Below are positions 39,300 through 48,997 of a stretch of 64,000 nucleotides of DNA, in pieces. How positions within the stretch are numbered: the first letter of the stretch is position 1; each line of letters starts with the position of its first letter. The translations under genes and the position numbers were made by a program. Source of the DNA: Candidatus Nanohaloarchaea archaeon (lineage in GTDB: Archaea > Nanohalarchaeota > Nanosalinia > Nanosalinales > Nanosalinaceae); assembly GCA_042218075.1 (NCBI GenBank), contig JBDGRK010000022.1:12897-76896 (forward strand), read 5' to 3'. The notes below the pieces were generated by a model. It saw only the letters and a program-made list of their open reading frames with translations, ran no database searches and was not told the DNA's origin.

Positions 39300-40676
39300 A
39301 TGGGGGAGGAAGGGGAAAAGCCGCAGGACTGGAAGATAAGGCAGTACTACCAGCAGGATGAGCTGGTGGAAAAGATACTCGCTATGGCGGAGTACCGAGA
39401 AGTCGCACCGACCTATCCGGAGGGTTACGGCAAAAGACCTGACGCTATAAACTTTCCTGGAGACTTTGAACAACTTGTTGAGAACGGCGCTGTTGCCTTC
39501 CATTTTTCCGTGGAGAAGTGGAGAAATCCTCTACTAATAGACGAGGTGAGCGATCTAGACAACCTTAGAGAAGGGTGGGACCTCGTGATCGATATAGACT
39601 GTGACTACGATTTTGAGCTGGCAAAGGATACCGCCAATCTTGTAATCGAAGAGCTGAGACAGCACGGTATTGAAAATATTGGTATCAAGTTCTCCGGAAA
39701 CAGAGGCTTCCATATAGGTATAAGGGGTGAAGCCTTCCCCCAGAAAATATCAGGAAAGGATTTCTCGGAACTCTATCCACGCCTTCCGAGAGGCATAGTG
39801 AGCTACCTGAGAGAACAGCTTAGGGATGAGATGGTGAATCTGGTTGAAAAATATGGGCTGGAGGATGAGATGGAAACAGGGGAGGGAAGAGATCCCTACC
39901 AGGTTTCAGACCTTGAGAACGACTGGGGCCAGAGACACCTTTTCAGGATGCCTTACTCCCTGCATGATGGCAGCTGGCTGGTTTCAGTACCCCTGGATGA
40001 GGATGAAATAGAGGGATTCGAGAAGCAGGATGCAGAAATGGATCAGGTCGATTTCGATAACGATTTTCTGAAAGATTACAAGGGAGGAGAGGCATCGAAC
40101 CTGGCGATCCAGGCGATGGATTTTATTGAAAGGAAACAGGAGGAAAGGATAGAGCAAAGGATAGAAAGACAGGAGAAGGACTTTGATAGACCTGATGAAG
40201 CCATTCCCGAAAAATATTTTCCTCCCACGATAAACAATATTCTGGAAGGTCTGGAGGATGGCAGGAAGCGCGGACTGTTTATCCTAATCAACTTTCTGAG
40301 GTGTGTTGGATATTCCTGGGAGCAGATTGAGGCGAAGATATGGGAGTGGAATGAAAGGAATGAAGAGGCGCTTGGAGACACTTACGTGAAGACACAGCTG
40401 AGGTGGCACAGGGAGAGGGATGAGGAGGTTCCTCCACCGAATTATGACTCCGATGGCTACTATAGAGACATGCAGGTTTACGAGGGAGATCACCTGGAAG
40501 AGAAGGTTTCAAACCCTGTGAGCTACGCCTTCAGGCAGGCAAAGAAGCAGGATTCCGGGGAGGAGGATGAGGAAGTCATGGAGTGCCCTCATTGTGGAAA
40601 AGAGTACAAGATGGAGAGTTACTACAGGAAGCACGTCCAGAAGTGCCGTGAAGATGAGAAGGTCAGAAAGCTCTGA
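39300..40676 (+). CDS. priSL: Fused DNA primase PriS-PriL (DPANN type) with C-terminal zinc finger
   Basis: WDLVIDID, KFSGNRGFH, RHLFRMPYSLH; FPP.I..IL.GL.DGRKR PriL-CTD; CPHC...H...C tail. Confidence 0.9.
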   Translation: MGEEGEKPQDWKIRQYYQQDELVEKILAMAEYREVAPTYPEGYGKRPDAINFPGDFEQLVENGAVAFHFSVEKWRNPLLIDEVSDLDNLREGWDLVIDIDCDYDFELAKDTANLVIEELRQHGIENIGIKFSGNRGFHIGIRGEAFPQKISGKDFSELYPRLPRGIVSYLREQLRDEMVNLVEKYGLEDEMETGEGRDPYQVSDLENDWGQRHLFRMPYSLHDGSWLVSVPLDEDEIEGFEKQDAEMDQVDFDNDFLKDYKGGEASNLAIQAMDFIERKQEERIEQRIERQEKDFDRPDEAIPEKYFPPTINNILEGLEDGRKRGLFILINFLRCVGYSWEQIEAKIWEWNERNEEALGDTYVKTQLRWHRERDEEVPPPNYDSDGYYRDMQVYEGDHLEEKVSNPVSYAFRQAKKQDSGEEDEEVMECPHCGKEYKMESYYRKHVQKCREDEKVRKL

Positions 40677-40714
40677 CCGTCACGATAAAAAGTTTTCACC
40701 GCGACCGATTCAAT

Positions 40715-41317
40715 GTGGAAGGGGAGACACTTACTTTCAGTCAACTGAGAAAGATCGAGAAAACTGAAAAGAGACAGGAAGAGCTATCAGAACTTGATTC
40801 TGACTTTCTGCTGAGGGCTTCGCGCTACCTTGATAGAAAGAAGGATGCAGGGGATCAGAGAGAGTACCGTAACGCTAAAAGAGTGCTGGAGAAGATCATA
40901 GGCCTGAGACAGGATAAAATAGTAAAGAACGCAAAGCTGGCGGTGAAGTCAGGCTTAAAGGCGTCTAGCCTTGAAATGTTGCCCAGGGAGCAGGAGTTTT
41001 ACAGGGAGGTAAAGAAGAAGTTCTCAGCTTACTCGGAGAAGATTGAAGAAGTTATAGAGCAGAGTCCGGAAGAGGTTGAGGTTCCCGAGACTGATGAGGA
41101 AGCTGAAGATGAAACTGGTCTGGATGAGGATAAAGAAGATGAAGAGGATAGAAGAGAAGGATACGAGAGAGTGAAAGTAGTCTCCCAAATACCGGAGTTC
41201 ATGGGAACCGATCTCGAATCCTATGGTCCTTTTGAAGAAGGTGAAAAAGTCGAGGTACCGGAGGAAAACGCGGAGATACTTGTGAACAGGGGTAGCGCGG
41301 AGATGATAGGTGGTTGA
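40715..41317 (+). CDS. gins: GINS subunit (Gins15/51-type)
   Basis: EK....L..L..DF, R..KI, C-terminal PEFMG.D...YGPF..G....P..NA.ILV.RG. Confidence 0.88.
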   Translation: MEGETLTFSQLRKIEKTEKRQEELSELDSDFLLRASRYLDRKKDAGDQREYRNAKRVLEKIIGLRQDKIVKNAKLAVKSGLKASSLEMLPREQEFYREVKKKFSAYSEKIEEVIEQSPEEVEVPETDEEAEDETGLDEDKEDEEDRREGYERVKVVSQIPEFMGTDLESYGPFEEGEKVEVPEENAEILVNRGSAEMIGG

Positions 41318-41318
41318 G

Positions 41319-41954
41319 ATGGTAAAAGTTTTCTCTCTAGGAGGCTCATTAATTAGAGAAAATCTCGATGATATAGAAAAATTAGGAGAGGCACTGGACT
41401 ACGAAGAGCAGATAGTGGTGGTTACCGGGGCAGGAGACCTGAACGAGCACCAGGGAGCGGTCAGGGGACAGGCTAACAAGGGGATGCAGGACCTTGTGGG
41501 AATAAAGGCGACAAGGCTGAACGCCCAGACACTGATACCAGTGATTGAAGCATACCCTTCAATCCCCGAAACTCCCGAAGAGGTACAGGAGGCGTCTGAG
41601 TCAGGTAAAGATATAGTAATGGGAGGCCTTACTCCCGGTTACTCGACCGATGCAGTGGCTGCCACGGTCGCAGAGTTACTGGATGCAGATCTCTACATCG
41701 CAACAACTGTCGACGCTGTCTACGATCCACATCCGGAAGATGCCGATGCTGAAAAACTGGAGGAAGTCGGTACCGAAAAACTCAGGGAACTGGTCGGAGA
41801 CGATCACAGACCCGGTAGCTACGAGCTGATTGACTCGACCGCGCTCAACCTGATAGAGAGATCGGGGATAGAAACAAAACTGTTCAGGGGTAGTATTGAG
41901 AATCTTGAAAACGTGGCAAAGGCTGAAGGCACGCACATAAGGACAGATGAATGA
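41319..41954 (+). CDS. pyrH: UMP kinase
   Basis: SLGGS, D.VGI.ATRLNA, GG..PG.STDAVAA, T.VD.VY. Confidence 0.92.
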   Translation: MVKVFSLGGSLIRENLDDIEKLGEALDYEEQIVVVTGAGDLNEHQGAVRGQANKGMQDLVGIKATRLNAQTLIPVIEAYPSIPETPEEVQEASESGKDIVMGGLTPGYSTDAVAATVAELLDADLYIATTVDAVYDPHPEDADAEKLEEVGTEKLRELVGDDHRPGSYELIDSTALNLIERSGIETKLFRGSIENLENVAKAEGTHIRTDE

Positions 41955-41999
41955 AGCCTGAACCAGTGCTTTTAAAGTTTAACCGCCGCTTTTGTTGAC

Positions 42000-42302
42000 A
42001 TGGTAAAGATACCAAAAGAACAGAACCGTTACTGCCCTCACTGCGACACTCATACCGAGCAGACTGTAAAGGAAGTGACAAGCAGACCTGCAGGAGCATT
42101 CAAGAAGAAGGACAGGAAGAGGCAGAGAAAGGTAGACAAAGGGTATGGATCGTTCCCGTACGAGAACCCGGCGATCCGCTCCAGAGGAAGAAAGAATCCC
42201 ACCTCGGAGAAGAAAGACCTGCAGTTTACCTGTAAGGAATGCGGGAAGAGCCACAAGCCAAAAAAACCGATCAGGACCTCCAAGCTGGAGATAGAGAGGT
42301 AA
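42000..42302 (+). CDS. rpl44e: 50S ribosomal protein L44e
   Basis: YCPHC..HT, K.DL...C.ECGK.H. Confidence 0.95.
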   Translation: MVKIPKEQNRYCPHCDTHTEQTVKEVTSRPAGAFKKKDRKRQRKVDKGYGSFPYENPAIRSRGRKNPTSEKKDLQFTCKECGKSHKPKKPIRTSKLEIER

Positions 42303-42308
42303 AATAAT

Positions 42309-42482
42309 ATGGCACAGAACTTCCTGGAAGTGGAGTGCGGAGAATGCGGAAACGCACAGCATATCTTCTCGAGAGCCTCAAACAGGGTTGAGTGCCTAGT
42401 ATGCGGAGAGGAATTAGCATCACCCACAGGCGGAAGGGCAGAAGTAAAGGCGGAAGTAGTTGAAGAACTCCAGGTTGAGTAG
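42309..42482 (+). CDS. rps27e: 30S ribosomal protein S27e
   Basis: Manual translation MAQNFLEVECGECGNAQHIFSRASNRVECLVCGEELASPTGGRA... Confidence 0.94.
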   Translation: MAQNFLEVECGECGNAQHIFSRASNRVECLVCGEELASPTGGRAEVKAEVVEELQVE

Positions 42483-42522
42483 ACAGCTCCAGCTTATAAA
42501 ATTGATTTTCTAAACTGAACCC

Positions 42523-43275
42523 ATGAAATGGTACAAGAATCGGCCGGATTTAGGAGACTACGTGGTCGTAACCATAACTGATGTGGACCAGAACTCTGTA
42601 TACGCTGAGCTTGATGAATATGACGGTATAAGCGGTTTAATTCATATTTCAGAGATTGCAAGGGACTGGGTCCAGGACGCCTCCGATGAGATAGAGGAAA
42701 GTGAAAAGACCGTTGTCCAGGTGATTGAAGACGAGGGAGACACAATGGATCTCTCGCTGAAGAGAGTGAATGAGAAGCAGAAGCGTGAGACTATGGAGAA
42801 GTGGAACAAGGAGCAGAAAGCAGAAGAATTCCTTGAAGACTTGTCAGAGAAATCGGGAGAGGATAAGGAAGACCTCTACGAGAAAGTGGTATTTCCTCTC
42901 CAGAAGGAATTCGGAACTTCCTTTCACGGCTTCGAGCTTGCAGTAGGAAAGAAGGAAAAGATGGAGGAGATGTTCGGTGAGGAGATCGCCGGGGCGCTTG
43001 CAGAAGTCGCCGAAGAAAACATTAATCTGAGGCAGGAGAAACTTGAGGTTGAGATAGAAGTCGAGTACCCTCAGGGAGATGGCATAGACAGAATTAGGGA
43101 CACTTTCAAGGATATGGAGGCAGTGGAAGTGAAATACGTCTCCGCACCAAAGTATGCGATTACTGCCTGGGGAAGAAACCAGGAACTGGCGAAAAAGAGG
43201 ATGGACAGGGCAGTGGAAGAGTTCCGCGAAAAAGCAGGTGAACTGGGCGGGGATTTCGAGTTTTCAAAGGCGTAG
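42523..43275 (+). CDS. aIF2a: Translation initiation factor 2 alpha
   Basis: S1 domain LDEY..GLIHISEI, DLSLKRV, Y.SAPKY. Confidence 0.94.
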   Translation: MKWYKNRPDLGDYVVVTITDVDQNSVYAELDEYDGISGLIHISEIARDWVQDASDEIEESEKTVVQVIEDEGDTMDLSLKRVNEKQKRETMEKWNKEQKAEEFLEDLSEKSGEDKEDLYEKVVFPLQKEFGTSFHGFELAVGKKEKMEEMFGEEIAGALAEVAEENINLRQEKLEVEIEVEYPQGDGIDRIRDTFKDMEAVEVKYVSAPKYAITAWGRNQELAKKRMDRAVEEFREKAGELGGDFEFSKA

Positions 43276-43278
43276 AAA

Positions 43279-43428
43279 ATGATTAGAAGATGTCATAACT
43301 GCGGAAGCTATACTCTTAAAAAAGAGCACTGTAATTCTTCGACATCTGAAGCGAGACCTCCAAAGTTCTCTTTCCCTGATCACTATGGGGATTACAGGAG
43401 GAAAACAAAGAGAGAGGCAGAGGAATAA
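43279..43428 (+). CDS. nop10: H/ACA RNP protein Nop10
   Basis: Manual translation MIRRCHNCGSYTLK...PPKFSFPDHYGDYRR. Confidence 0.92.
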   Translation: MIRRCHNCGSYTLKKEHCNSSTSEARPPKFSFPDHYGDYRRKTKREAEE

Positions 43429-43467
43429 AAAAAGATAAGCTGATAAGTTGGAATAAGGGGCGATTCA

Positions 43468-44229
43468 ATGACAACCGTGGTAGAGATGAACGAAGAATTC
43501 GAGGTAGAAAATCCTGTTTTTGTGGAAGGACTGGCAGGTATAGGTCACATAGGCAAGACCACTGTGAGTTACCTGGTGGATCATCTTGGAGCAGAGAAGA
43601 TAGGAGAGCTTTATTCCCACCATTTTCCACCCTACACCATAGTAAACGATGACAGAACCGTCGATCTCCTGAAAAACAACATCTACGAGATACAGAGGGA
43701 AGGCAATCGGGACATAGTTTTCATAGAGGGGAACGCACAGGCTTCAACTCCCGAGGGTCATTACGAGGTCGCAGAAAAGATAATGGAACTTATAGATGAG
43801 GTAGACGCCTCCGAGGTCGTGACAATCGGCGGATACGGAACAGGAGACGTTGTAGAGGATCCCTCGGTATTCGGAGCTATAACCTCTCCGAAAATTAGAG
43901 ATCAGTACGAAGAAATCGGGATAGACTTCGAACACGATGTAGGACAGATTGTCGGTGCTTCCGGTCTTCTACTGGGACTGAGCCAGGAGAACCAGTACCC
44001 GGGAACATGCCTGCTGGGAGAGACACCGGGATTCCTTTTGAGCGATCCAAAGGCCACGGAGGCGGTACTGAAAGTGATGGAGAAAATGCTGAACCTTGAT
44101 CTTGACTACACGGATCTAGATGAGAAAGTGGAGGAATCACAGCAGGTACTTAAAAAGCTTCAGAACCTTCAGCAACAACAGGGCCAGGACCAGGATCAGC
44201 AACAGCAGGATCTTGGCTACATCGGTTAG
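43468..44229 (+). CDS. Proteasome assembly chaperone PAC2 family
   Basis: EGL.GIG.IGK, IVGASGLLL, CLLGET.G...DP, GYIG end; conserved context. Confidence 0.9.
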   Translation: MTTVVEMNEEFEVENPVFVEGLAGIGHIGKTTVSYLVDHLGAEKIGELYSHHFPPYTIVNDDRTVDLLKNNIYEIQREGNRDIVFIEGNAQASTPEGHYEVAEKIMELIDEVDASEVVTIGGYGTGDVVEDPSVFGAITSPKIRDQYEEIGIDFEHDVGQIVGASGLLLGLSQENQYPGTCLLGETPGFLLSDPKATEAVLKVMEKMLNLDLDYTDLDEKVEESQQVLKKLQNLQQQQGQDQDQQQQDLGYIG

Positions 44230-44253
44230 TCGAAAATCGAAAGATTTTCTCGA
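44230..44253. repeat. Intergenic GAAA..TTTC hairpin module
   Basis: TCGAAAATCGAAAGATTTTCTCGA; near-identical to 52032-52055. Confidence 0.65.
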
Positions 44254-44280
44254 ATCCGAAAATCACGAGGTGATTATCGA

Positions 44281-44442
44281 ATGGAATACACGAGATACGA
44301 GAGAGCCAGAATACTGGGAGCGAGAACCCTCCAACTTGCACAGGGAGCTCCCGCTTTCGTTGAGGAGCAGGAAACCGAGTCTCCGCTTGAACTGGCGAAG
44401 AAAGAGATGGAGGAAGGCAAACTCCCGATCACAGTGAAGTGA
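44281..44442 (+). CDS. rpo6: RNA polymerase subunit K (Rpo6)
   Basis: Manual translation MEYTRYERARILGARTLQLAQGAP...LPITVK; SD GAGGTGA upstream. Confidence 0.95.
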   Translation: MEYTRYERARILGARTLQLAQGAPAFVEEQETESPLELAKKEMEEGKLPITVK

Positions 44443-44485
44443 TTTACTCCAACCAGATTTAAACGAGAGGATTCAATCTTTCTGC

Positions 44486-45613
44486 ATGAGAGTTAAATCG
44501 ATAAGGCTGAGGGAGATCATAGATTCAAGGACCAAACCCACTGTAGAGGCGGAAGTAAACGGGGAATTGGGAAAAGCACCTTCAGGAGCTTCCACTGGAA
44601 GGCACGAGGCGGAGGCGTTTGTTCCGAAGAACCTGGATTCAATCCAGGATAGATTGAGGAATCTGGAGGGAAGAGACCTGACCCAGGAAGAGTTCGACCA
44701 GGAACTGAGGGATATTGACGGTAATGAAAAGTTCTCCAAAATAGGATCGGTTGCAGTTGCCTCAAGCTTCGCTTTCAAGAACGCTTCAGGATTCGACCAC
44801 TCGAAGAAGTTTCCTCTTCCCCTGAGCAATATTATAGGCGGGGGAGAGCACGGAGGCAACACCAGCATACAGGAGTTTCTCGTGCTGCCGGTGAACGCTG
44901 AAAGCTTTCCCGAGGCAGTCAGGACGAACACCGCGATCTACCAGGAGCTGAAGCAAAGGTACAGTCAGAAAGTGAAAGGAATAAACGATGAAGGCGCACT
45001 TATAACCTCCATGGATGATGAGCAGACCCTTAAAGCCCTGAAGAAAGTCGCTGACGGTCATAAAGCCAGGATAGGCCTGGACATCGCTGCTTCAGAATTC
45101 TTCCAGGAAGAAACAGGTAAATACCACCTGAACTCAATAGGAGAAGAATTCGAGCCTGAAGGGCAGCTTGATTTCGTGGAAAAACTGATACAGAGATTCG
45201 ATCTTGTCTACGTGGAGGATCCATTCCATGAAGATGATTTCCGGAATCACGCCAGGCTGAGGAGTAAGCACCCCGAAGTCCTTGTAACCGGCGACGATCT
45301 TTTTGTGACGCAGGAAGAAAGGCTGAAGGAGGGGATAGAGAACAGATCCGGTAACTCGCTGATCGTAAAGCCGAACCAGGTCGGCACTGTTAGCGATGCG
45401 AGGGAGACGGTGGAACTGGCGAAGGAAAACGATTACACTCCCGTAATATCTCACAGATCTGGAGAGACATGCGACCACACTATCTCGGACCTGGCACTTG
45501 AGTGGGAGTGTCCGATAATCAAGGCAGGTATAGCCGACATCAGGATCGCGAAGCTGAACCGCCTTACCAGTCTCTGGGACAGGATTAACGAACCGAAGAT
45601 GAACAACTTCTGA
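44486..45613 (+). CDS. eno: Enolase
   Basis: DSR..PTVE, PSGASTG..EA, GLDIAASE, EDPF, GDDL, SHRSGET. Confidence 0.94.
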   Translation: MRVKSIRLREIIDSRTKPTVEAEVNGELGKAPSGASTGRHEAEAFVPKNLDSIQDRLRNLEGRDLTQEEFDQELRDIDGNEKFSKIGSVAVASSFAFKNASGFDHSKKFPLPLSNIIGGGEHGGNTSIQEFLVLPVNAESFPEAVRTNTAIYQELKQRYSQKVKGINDEGALITSMDDEQTLKALKKVADGHKARIGLDIAASEFFQEETGKYHLNSIGEEFEPEGQLDFVEKLIQRFDLVYVEDPFHEDDFRNHARLRSKHPEVLVTGDDLFVTQEERLKEGIENRSGNSLIVKPNQVGTVSDARETVELAKENDYTPVISHRSGETCDHTISDLALEWECPIIKAGIADIRIAKLNRLTSLWDRINEPKMNNF

Positions 45614-45644
45614 ATTTTTTAACCTTTGCATAAGTTTTAGACAT

Positions 45645-46076
45645 ATGGGTTCCGAAGTGGTTGGATCAAAAAACAATCCGATTATCGACAAGTTTGATCT
45701 TGAAGTTGATGAAGATGAGGCTGATGATGATGAGCCAGCTGCTGAAGTGAGAGATGAAGTAGAAAGTTTTGTTAACCAAATAGAGGAAGAATTATTTGAT
45801 GATGAAGTAGAAATTTTGGAAAAAGGAAATCAAAATTTTACACATTATAGAATCAATAAACCGTCATCAGGACTCTATGAATGCATAAGGGATATTTACG
45901 AAAGATTCTTCGAGAAAGACAAGGAAGCCGACTATCTATCTTTGAAGGTTAACTACTTCGAAGGTGATAAAAGCGTAATGATGACCATGACCCTGGTATA
46001 TCAGAATGATCTGGAATGGAGTCAAAAGGGAGATATAAGACAGATAGCAACGAATTATTTCGAGAACACTGATTGA
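45645..46076 (+). CDS. Acidic hypothetical protein
   Basis: AT-richer ORF between eno and rps2. Confidence 0.6.
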   Translation: MGSEVVGSKNNPIIDKFDLEVDEDEADDDEPAAEVRDEVESFVNQIEEELFDDEVEILEKGNQNFTHYRINKPSSGLYECIRDIYERFFEKDKEADYLSLKVNYFEGDKSVMMTMTLVYQNDLEWSQKGDIRQIATNYFENTD

Positions 46077-46141
46077 TACCTAGATTTCGATCGCCCTTAA
46101 ACTATAGACCTTATTTAATATTTGCTCTGGAACACCTCTCT

Positions 46142-46750
46142 ATGACTGATGAAGAACTTTTGATCGACCGGGAAGAGTATCTCTCGCATGGAGCACATAT
46201 TGGAACCCAGGCGAAGCACAGCGACATGGAAAAATACATCTTTCACGTCAAAAAGAACCAGCTGGCGGTACTGGATCTTAACCAGACAGACGATAGGGTA
46301 AGAAGTGCCGCGAAGTTCCTGGCGAACTACGATTCTGAAGAGATACTCGTGGTTGGAAGAAAGGATGCTGCCAGAAAACCAATCAAGGCTTTCTCGGAAG
46401 AGCTTGAAACCCGGCTAATTGCGGGAAGATTTATGCCCGGAACACTGACCAATCCACAGTCGGACGATTTTATTGAGCCCGAGGTCGTGATCGTGACCGA
46501 TCCGGAGGAAGACGCGCAGGCCATAGATGAGGCTGTAGACGCCCGTATTCCGGTACTGGCGATAGCAGACTCAGGAAACAGTTTGCAGGATGTCGATCTT
46601 GCAATTCCTGCAAACAACAAGGCGGAAAACTCTTTGGGGATAATCTACTACCTGCTAGCGCAGCAGATTAAAGATGAGAAAGGAGAGAATTTCACAGCCG
46701 AAAAGTCGAAATTCCGGCCTGAACCGGACGATGAAAGCGAGGAAGAATGA
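46142..46750 (+). CDS. rps2: 30S ribosomal protein S2
   Basis: YL..G.HIGT, GRFMPGTLTNP, DP..D.QAI.EA, IPANNK. Confidence 0.95.
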   Translation: MTDEELLIDREEYLSHGAHIGTQAKHSDMEKYIFHVKKNQLAVLDLNQTDDRVRSAAKFLANYDSEEILVVGRKDAARKPIKAFSEELETRLIAGRFMPGTLTNPQSDDFIEPEVVIVTDPEEDAQAIDEAVDARIPVLAIADSGNSLQDVDLAIPANNKAENSLGIIYYLLAQQIKDEKGENFTAEKSKFRPEPDDESEEE

Positions 46751-47289
46751 CGGAATTTCTAGTGATAGTAGGCGCCTCCAGGGATGGCAGAAAGACTGTT
46801 CACGCGGCAGAATTCCTCAGGCAAATTCTAACCGAAAAGGGAGAGAAGGTAGAGTTCTTCGATCTGAAAAAGAAACAAATACCCTTCCTCAACTCAAGAA
46901 CATATACAGATCCGGGAGAAGCACCTGAAAACGCACAGCTTCTATCAGAAAAAGTCAAAGAGGCGGATTGCGTAGTGATAGTGACACCGGAGTATAACCA
47001 CTCGATACCGGGGGTTCTAAAGAACGCTATAGATCATCTGTACCCAGAGTACGACGACAAGCCTTTCGCATACGTTACTACTTCCGCGGGAGGTTTCGGG
47101 GGTGTAAGAGGTCTATCCCACCTCCACGACATCACCATAGCTATCGGTGGACATCCGGGTCCGAGCCTGAACGTATCCAGGATAGGCGAAGTGTTCGGTG
47201 AAGAAGGAGAACTAAAGGATGAAGACTACAGGGAGAGATTCAAGGATTTTGTCGATAAAATGAAAGAGCACGCCGAGAAAATGGACTAG
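46747..47289 (+). CDS. NADPH-dependent FMN reductase
   Basis: GASRDGR, TPEYNHSIPGVLKNAID, S.G.FGG.R. Confidence 0.92.
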   Translation: MTEFLVIVGASRDGRKTVHAAEFLRQILTEKGEKVEFFDLKKKQIPFLNSRTYTDPGEAPENAQLLSEKVKEADCVVIVTPEYNHSIPGVLKNAIDHLYPEYDDKPFAYVTTSAGGFGGVRGLSHLHDITIAIGGHPGPSLNVSRIGEVFGEEGELKDEDYRERFKDFVDKMKEHAEKMD

Positions 47290-47432
47290 CGGGATAGTAA
47301 GGTCTTTACATCTTTCTGATTCCATGGAGACCGGGATGAGGGCCAGTGACCTAACGATAAGGAGAAACAGCAAACTCCAGCACCAGACAGGTTAACATTT
47401 AAAGAGAGCAGAGACAATCTACAACTGAAAAG

Positions 47433-48029
47433 ATGTTCGGCTTCGGCGGAGACGAGAAAGACAAACTGGAAGAGAACATGAAGGAGATCAAAGACCTGAT
47501 AGAGAGCCATGGAGAAAACGATGAGAAGGATGAAAAGATAGAAGAATCGGGGCAGGAGTTAGAAGAAGGGCAGAAGAAAGATTTTGCGGCTGAATCACTG
47601 GATATTGATACAGGAGAACAGCAGGATTCCGGACAGGCTACCGGCTCGAAAATGCCGGGTCCGGATGAAGAGGTACAGGATGGGCAGTTCCGGTTTGATC
47701 AGACAGGTGAAAATAATGAACAGGAGCATCAAAAAAGATCGAATCCGAGATCGGGTTTGAGGGACAAAGTACCTGAACCGCCGGAGACCAAGAAGCTTAA
47801 CGTACCTGAAATCGATAAGGGACCGCTTTTTATCAGGAAGGGAAAGTTCAGGTCCGCCAAGCAGATGATTGACGAGATGCAGTATCTATCCAGTGAGATA
47901 GAGCAGGTCATGAACCAGCTAGAGGCCGGTATTGAGGAGGACAGAAATATGGAGAGCGATGCGAGAGAACTTCTCCAGAGGCTGGAAAGCGACAGGGGGG
48001 AAATAAAGGACATAATATCGCAGAAGTGA
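47433..48029 (+). CDS. Hypothetical protein (acidic linker, coiled-coil C-terminus)
   Basis: PLFI..F...I C-terminal helix; host-like codon usage. Confidence 0.7.
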   Translation: MFGFGGDEKDKLEENMKEIKDLIESHGENDEKDEKIEESGQELEEGQKKDFAAESLDIDTGEQQDSGQATGSKMPGPDEEVQDGQFRFDQTGENNEQEHQKRSNPRSGLRDKVPEPPETKKLNVPEIDKGPLFIRKGKFRSAKQMIDEMQYLSSEIEQVMNQLEAGIEEDRNMESDARELLQRLESDRGEIKDIISQK

Positions 48030-48035
48030 TTTGAT

Positions 48036-48263
48036 ATGGATAGAAAAGAGATTCTGGAGTACCTGGAGCAGTACCGGGATGCGCATTCTTCCAAGAAACT
48101 TCTAAAGCTCCTGAAAGCAGAGCTCGTTAAAGAGATGGAACAGATGGAGGTTTCAACGGACAAGCACAGGCACGACCTAAACCTGTTGATCAGGGACCTG
48201 GAGGAAGAACTGGACTACATAGAGTCGGAGAAACTTTCACAGTTCGACCCCGAGCAACAGTAG
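48036..48263 (+). CDS. Hypothetical protein
   Basis: 75-aa ORF in apparent operon. Confidence 0.6.
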   Translation: MDRKEILEYLEQYRDAHSSKKLLKLLKAELVKEMEQMEVSTDKHRHDLNLLIRDLEEELDYIESEKLSQFDPEQQ

Positions 48264-48272
48264 TTCTGGAAC

Positions 48273-48911
48273 ATGAGCAGAGTTGCCTTCATTCTACCCG
48301 GATACCTCTCATCCACAGATGAAGAAAACTACCAGAGAGTCGCCGAAATTTACAGGCAATCAAGTTTCCAAGTGGAGAAGCTCGATATAGAATGGGAGAA
48401 AGACTTCTGGAATAACTGCAATAAGGTCAAGAATTTAATCGAAAAAAGAAGGGAGGAGTATGATTCTCCCGAAACCCATTTCTTCGGCCATTCATGGGGC
48501 TCCGCGGTACTTTTGACTATCTCACCTAATTTCAATCCGAAGACCCAGGTGCTTGCCTCACTTTCACCAGATTTCAAGGAAGACGACGAGCACTATTTCT
48601 ATCTCTGGAAGAAGCTGGCACCGGTCTTTCAAATCTTGCTGAGCCCTTTCTACGATATTCCGGAAGAACTGGATGAAAGACCCTCACTGGAAGAAAAAGG
48701 AGACAAGATCGAAAGCGATCTATACCTCATCTATGGTGAAAGAGAATACAATGGATTTATGGATATAAGTTCTCTCGGAATGGGTGGAAAAATAACCGAG
48801 AACAGGAGGCAAATATTGGACTGTGAAGAAATTATTGTGAAGGGAGCGACTCACTCGATGACATCGGATCACTATATTGAGCAAATAGAAGAGATTGTAG
48901 CAAAACTGTAA
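48273..48911 (+). CDS. Alpha/beta hydrolase
   Basis: ILPGY, GHSWG nucleophile elbow, IYGE.E, GATH. Confidence 0.8.
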   Translation: MSRVAFILPGYLSSTDEENYQRVAEIYRQSSFQVEKLDIEWEKDFWNNCNKVKNLIEKRREEYDSPETHFFGHSWGSAVLLTISPNFNPKTQVLASLSPDFKEDDEHYFYLWKKLAPVFQILLSPFYDIPEELDERPSLEEKGDKIESDLYLIYGEREYNGFMDISSLGMGGKITENRRQILDCEEIIVKGATHSMTSDHYIEQIEEIVAKL

Positions 48912-48953
48912 ACAGGCTCGCTTGGTATAAAAAAGTTCTTTCCCTCTTGTATG

Positions 48954-48981
48954 CACAGGCCTTGATGATCAAGGTTTTGTG
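48954..48981 (+). promoter_or_regulatory. Hairpin with TGATGA in the rpl7ae leader (candidate L7Ae autoregulatory element)
   Basis: CACAGGCCTTGA-TGA-TCAAGGTTTTGTG stem-loop ending 16 nt before the ATG. Confidence 0.4.
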
Positions 48982-48997
48982 AAAGGTGTTAACAAAG

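Noticed and set aside
39300-40200. PriS-PriL fusion itself as a novelty
   Set aside because: Established DPANN trait; only the Cys loss and Zn tail are reported
44160-44229. CAG-rich repeat at the end of PAC2
   Set aside because: Ordinary Gln-rich linker before the conserved C-terminal YIG
47290-47432. Possible small RNA or micro-ORF after the FMN reductase gene
   Set aside because: No convincing structure, motif or repeat
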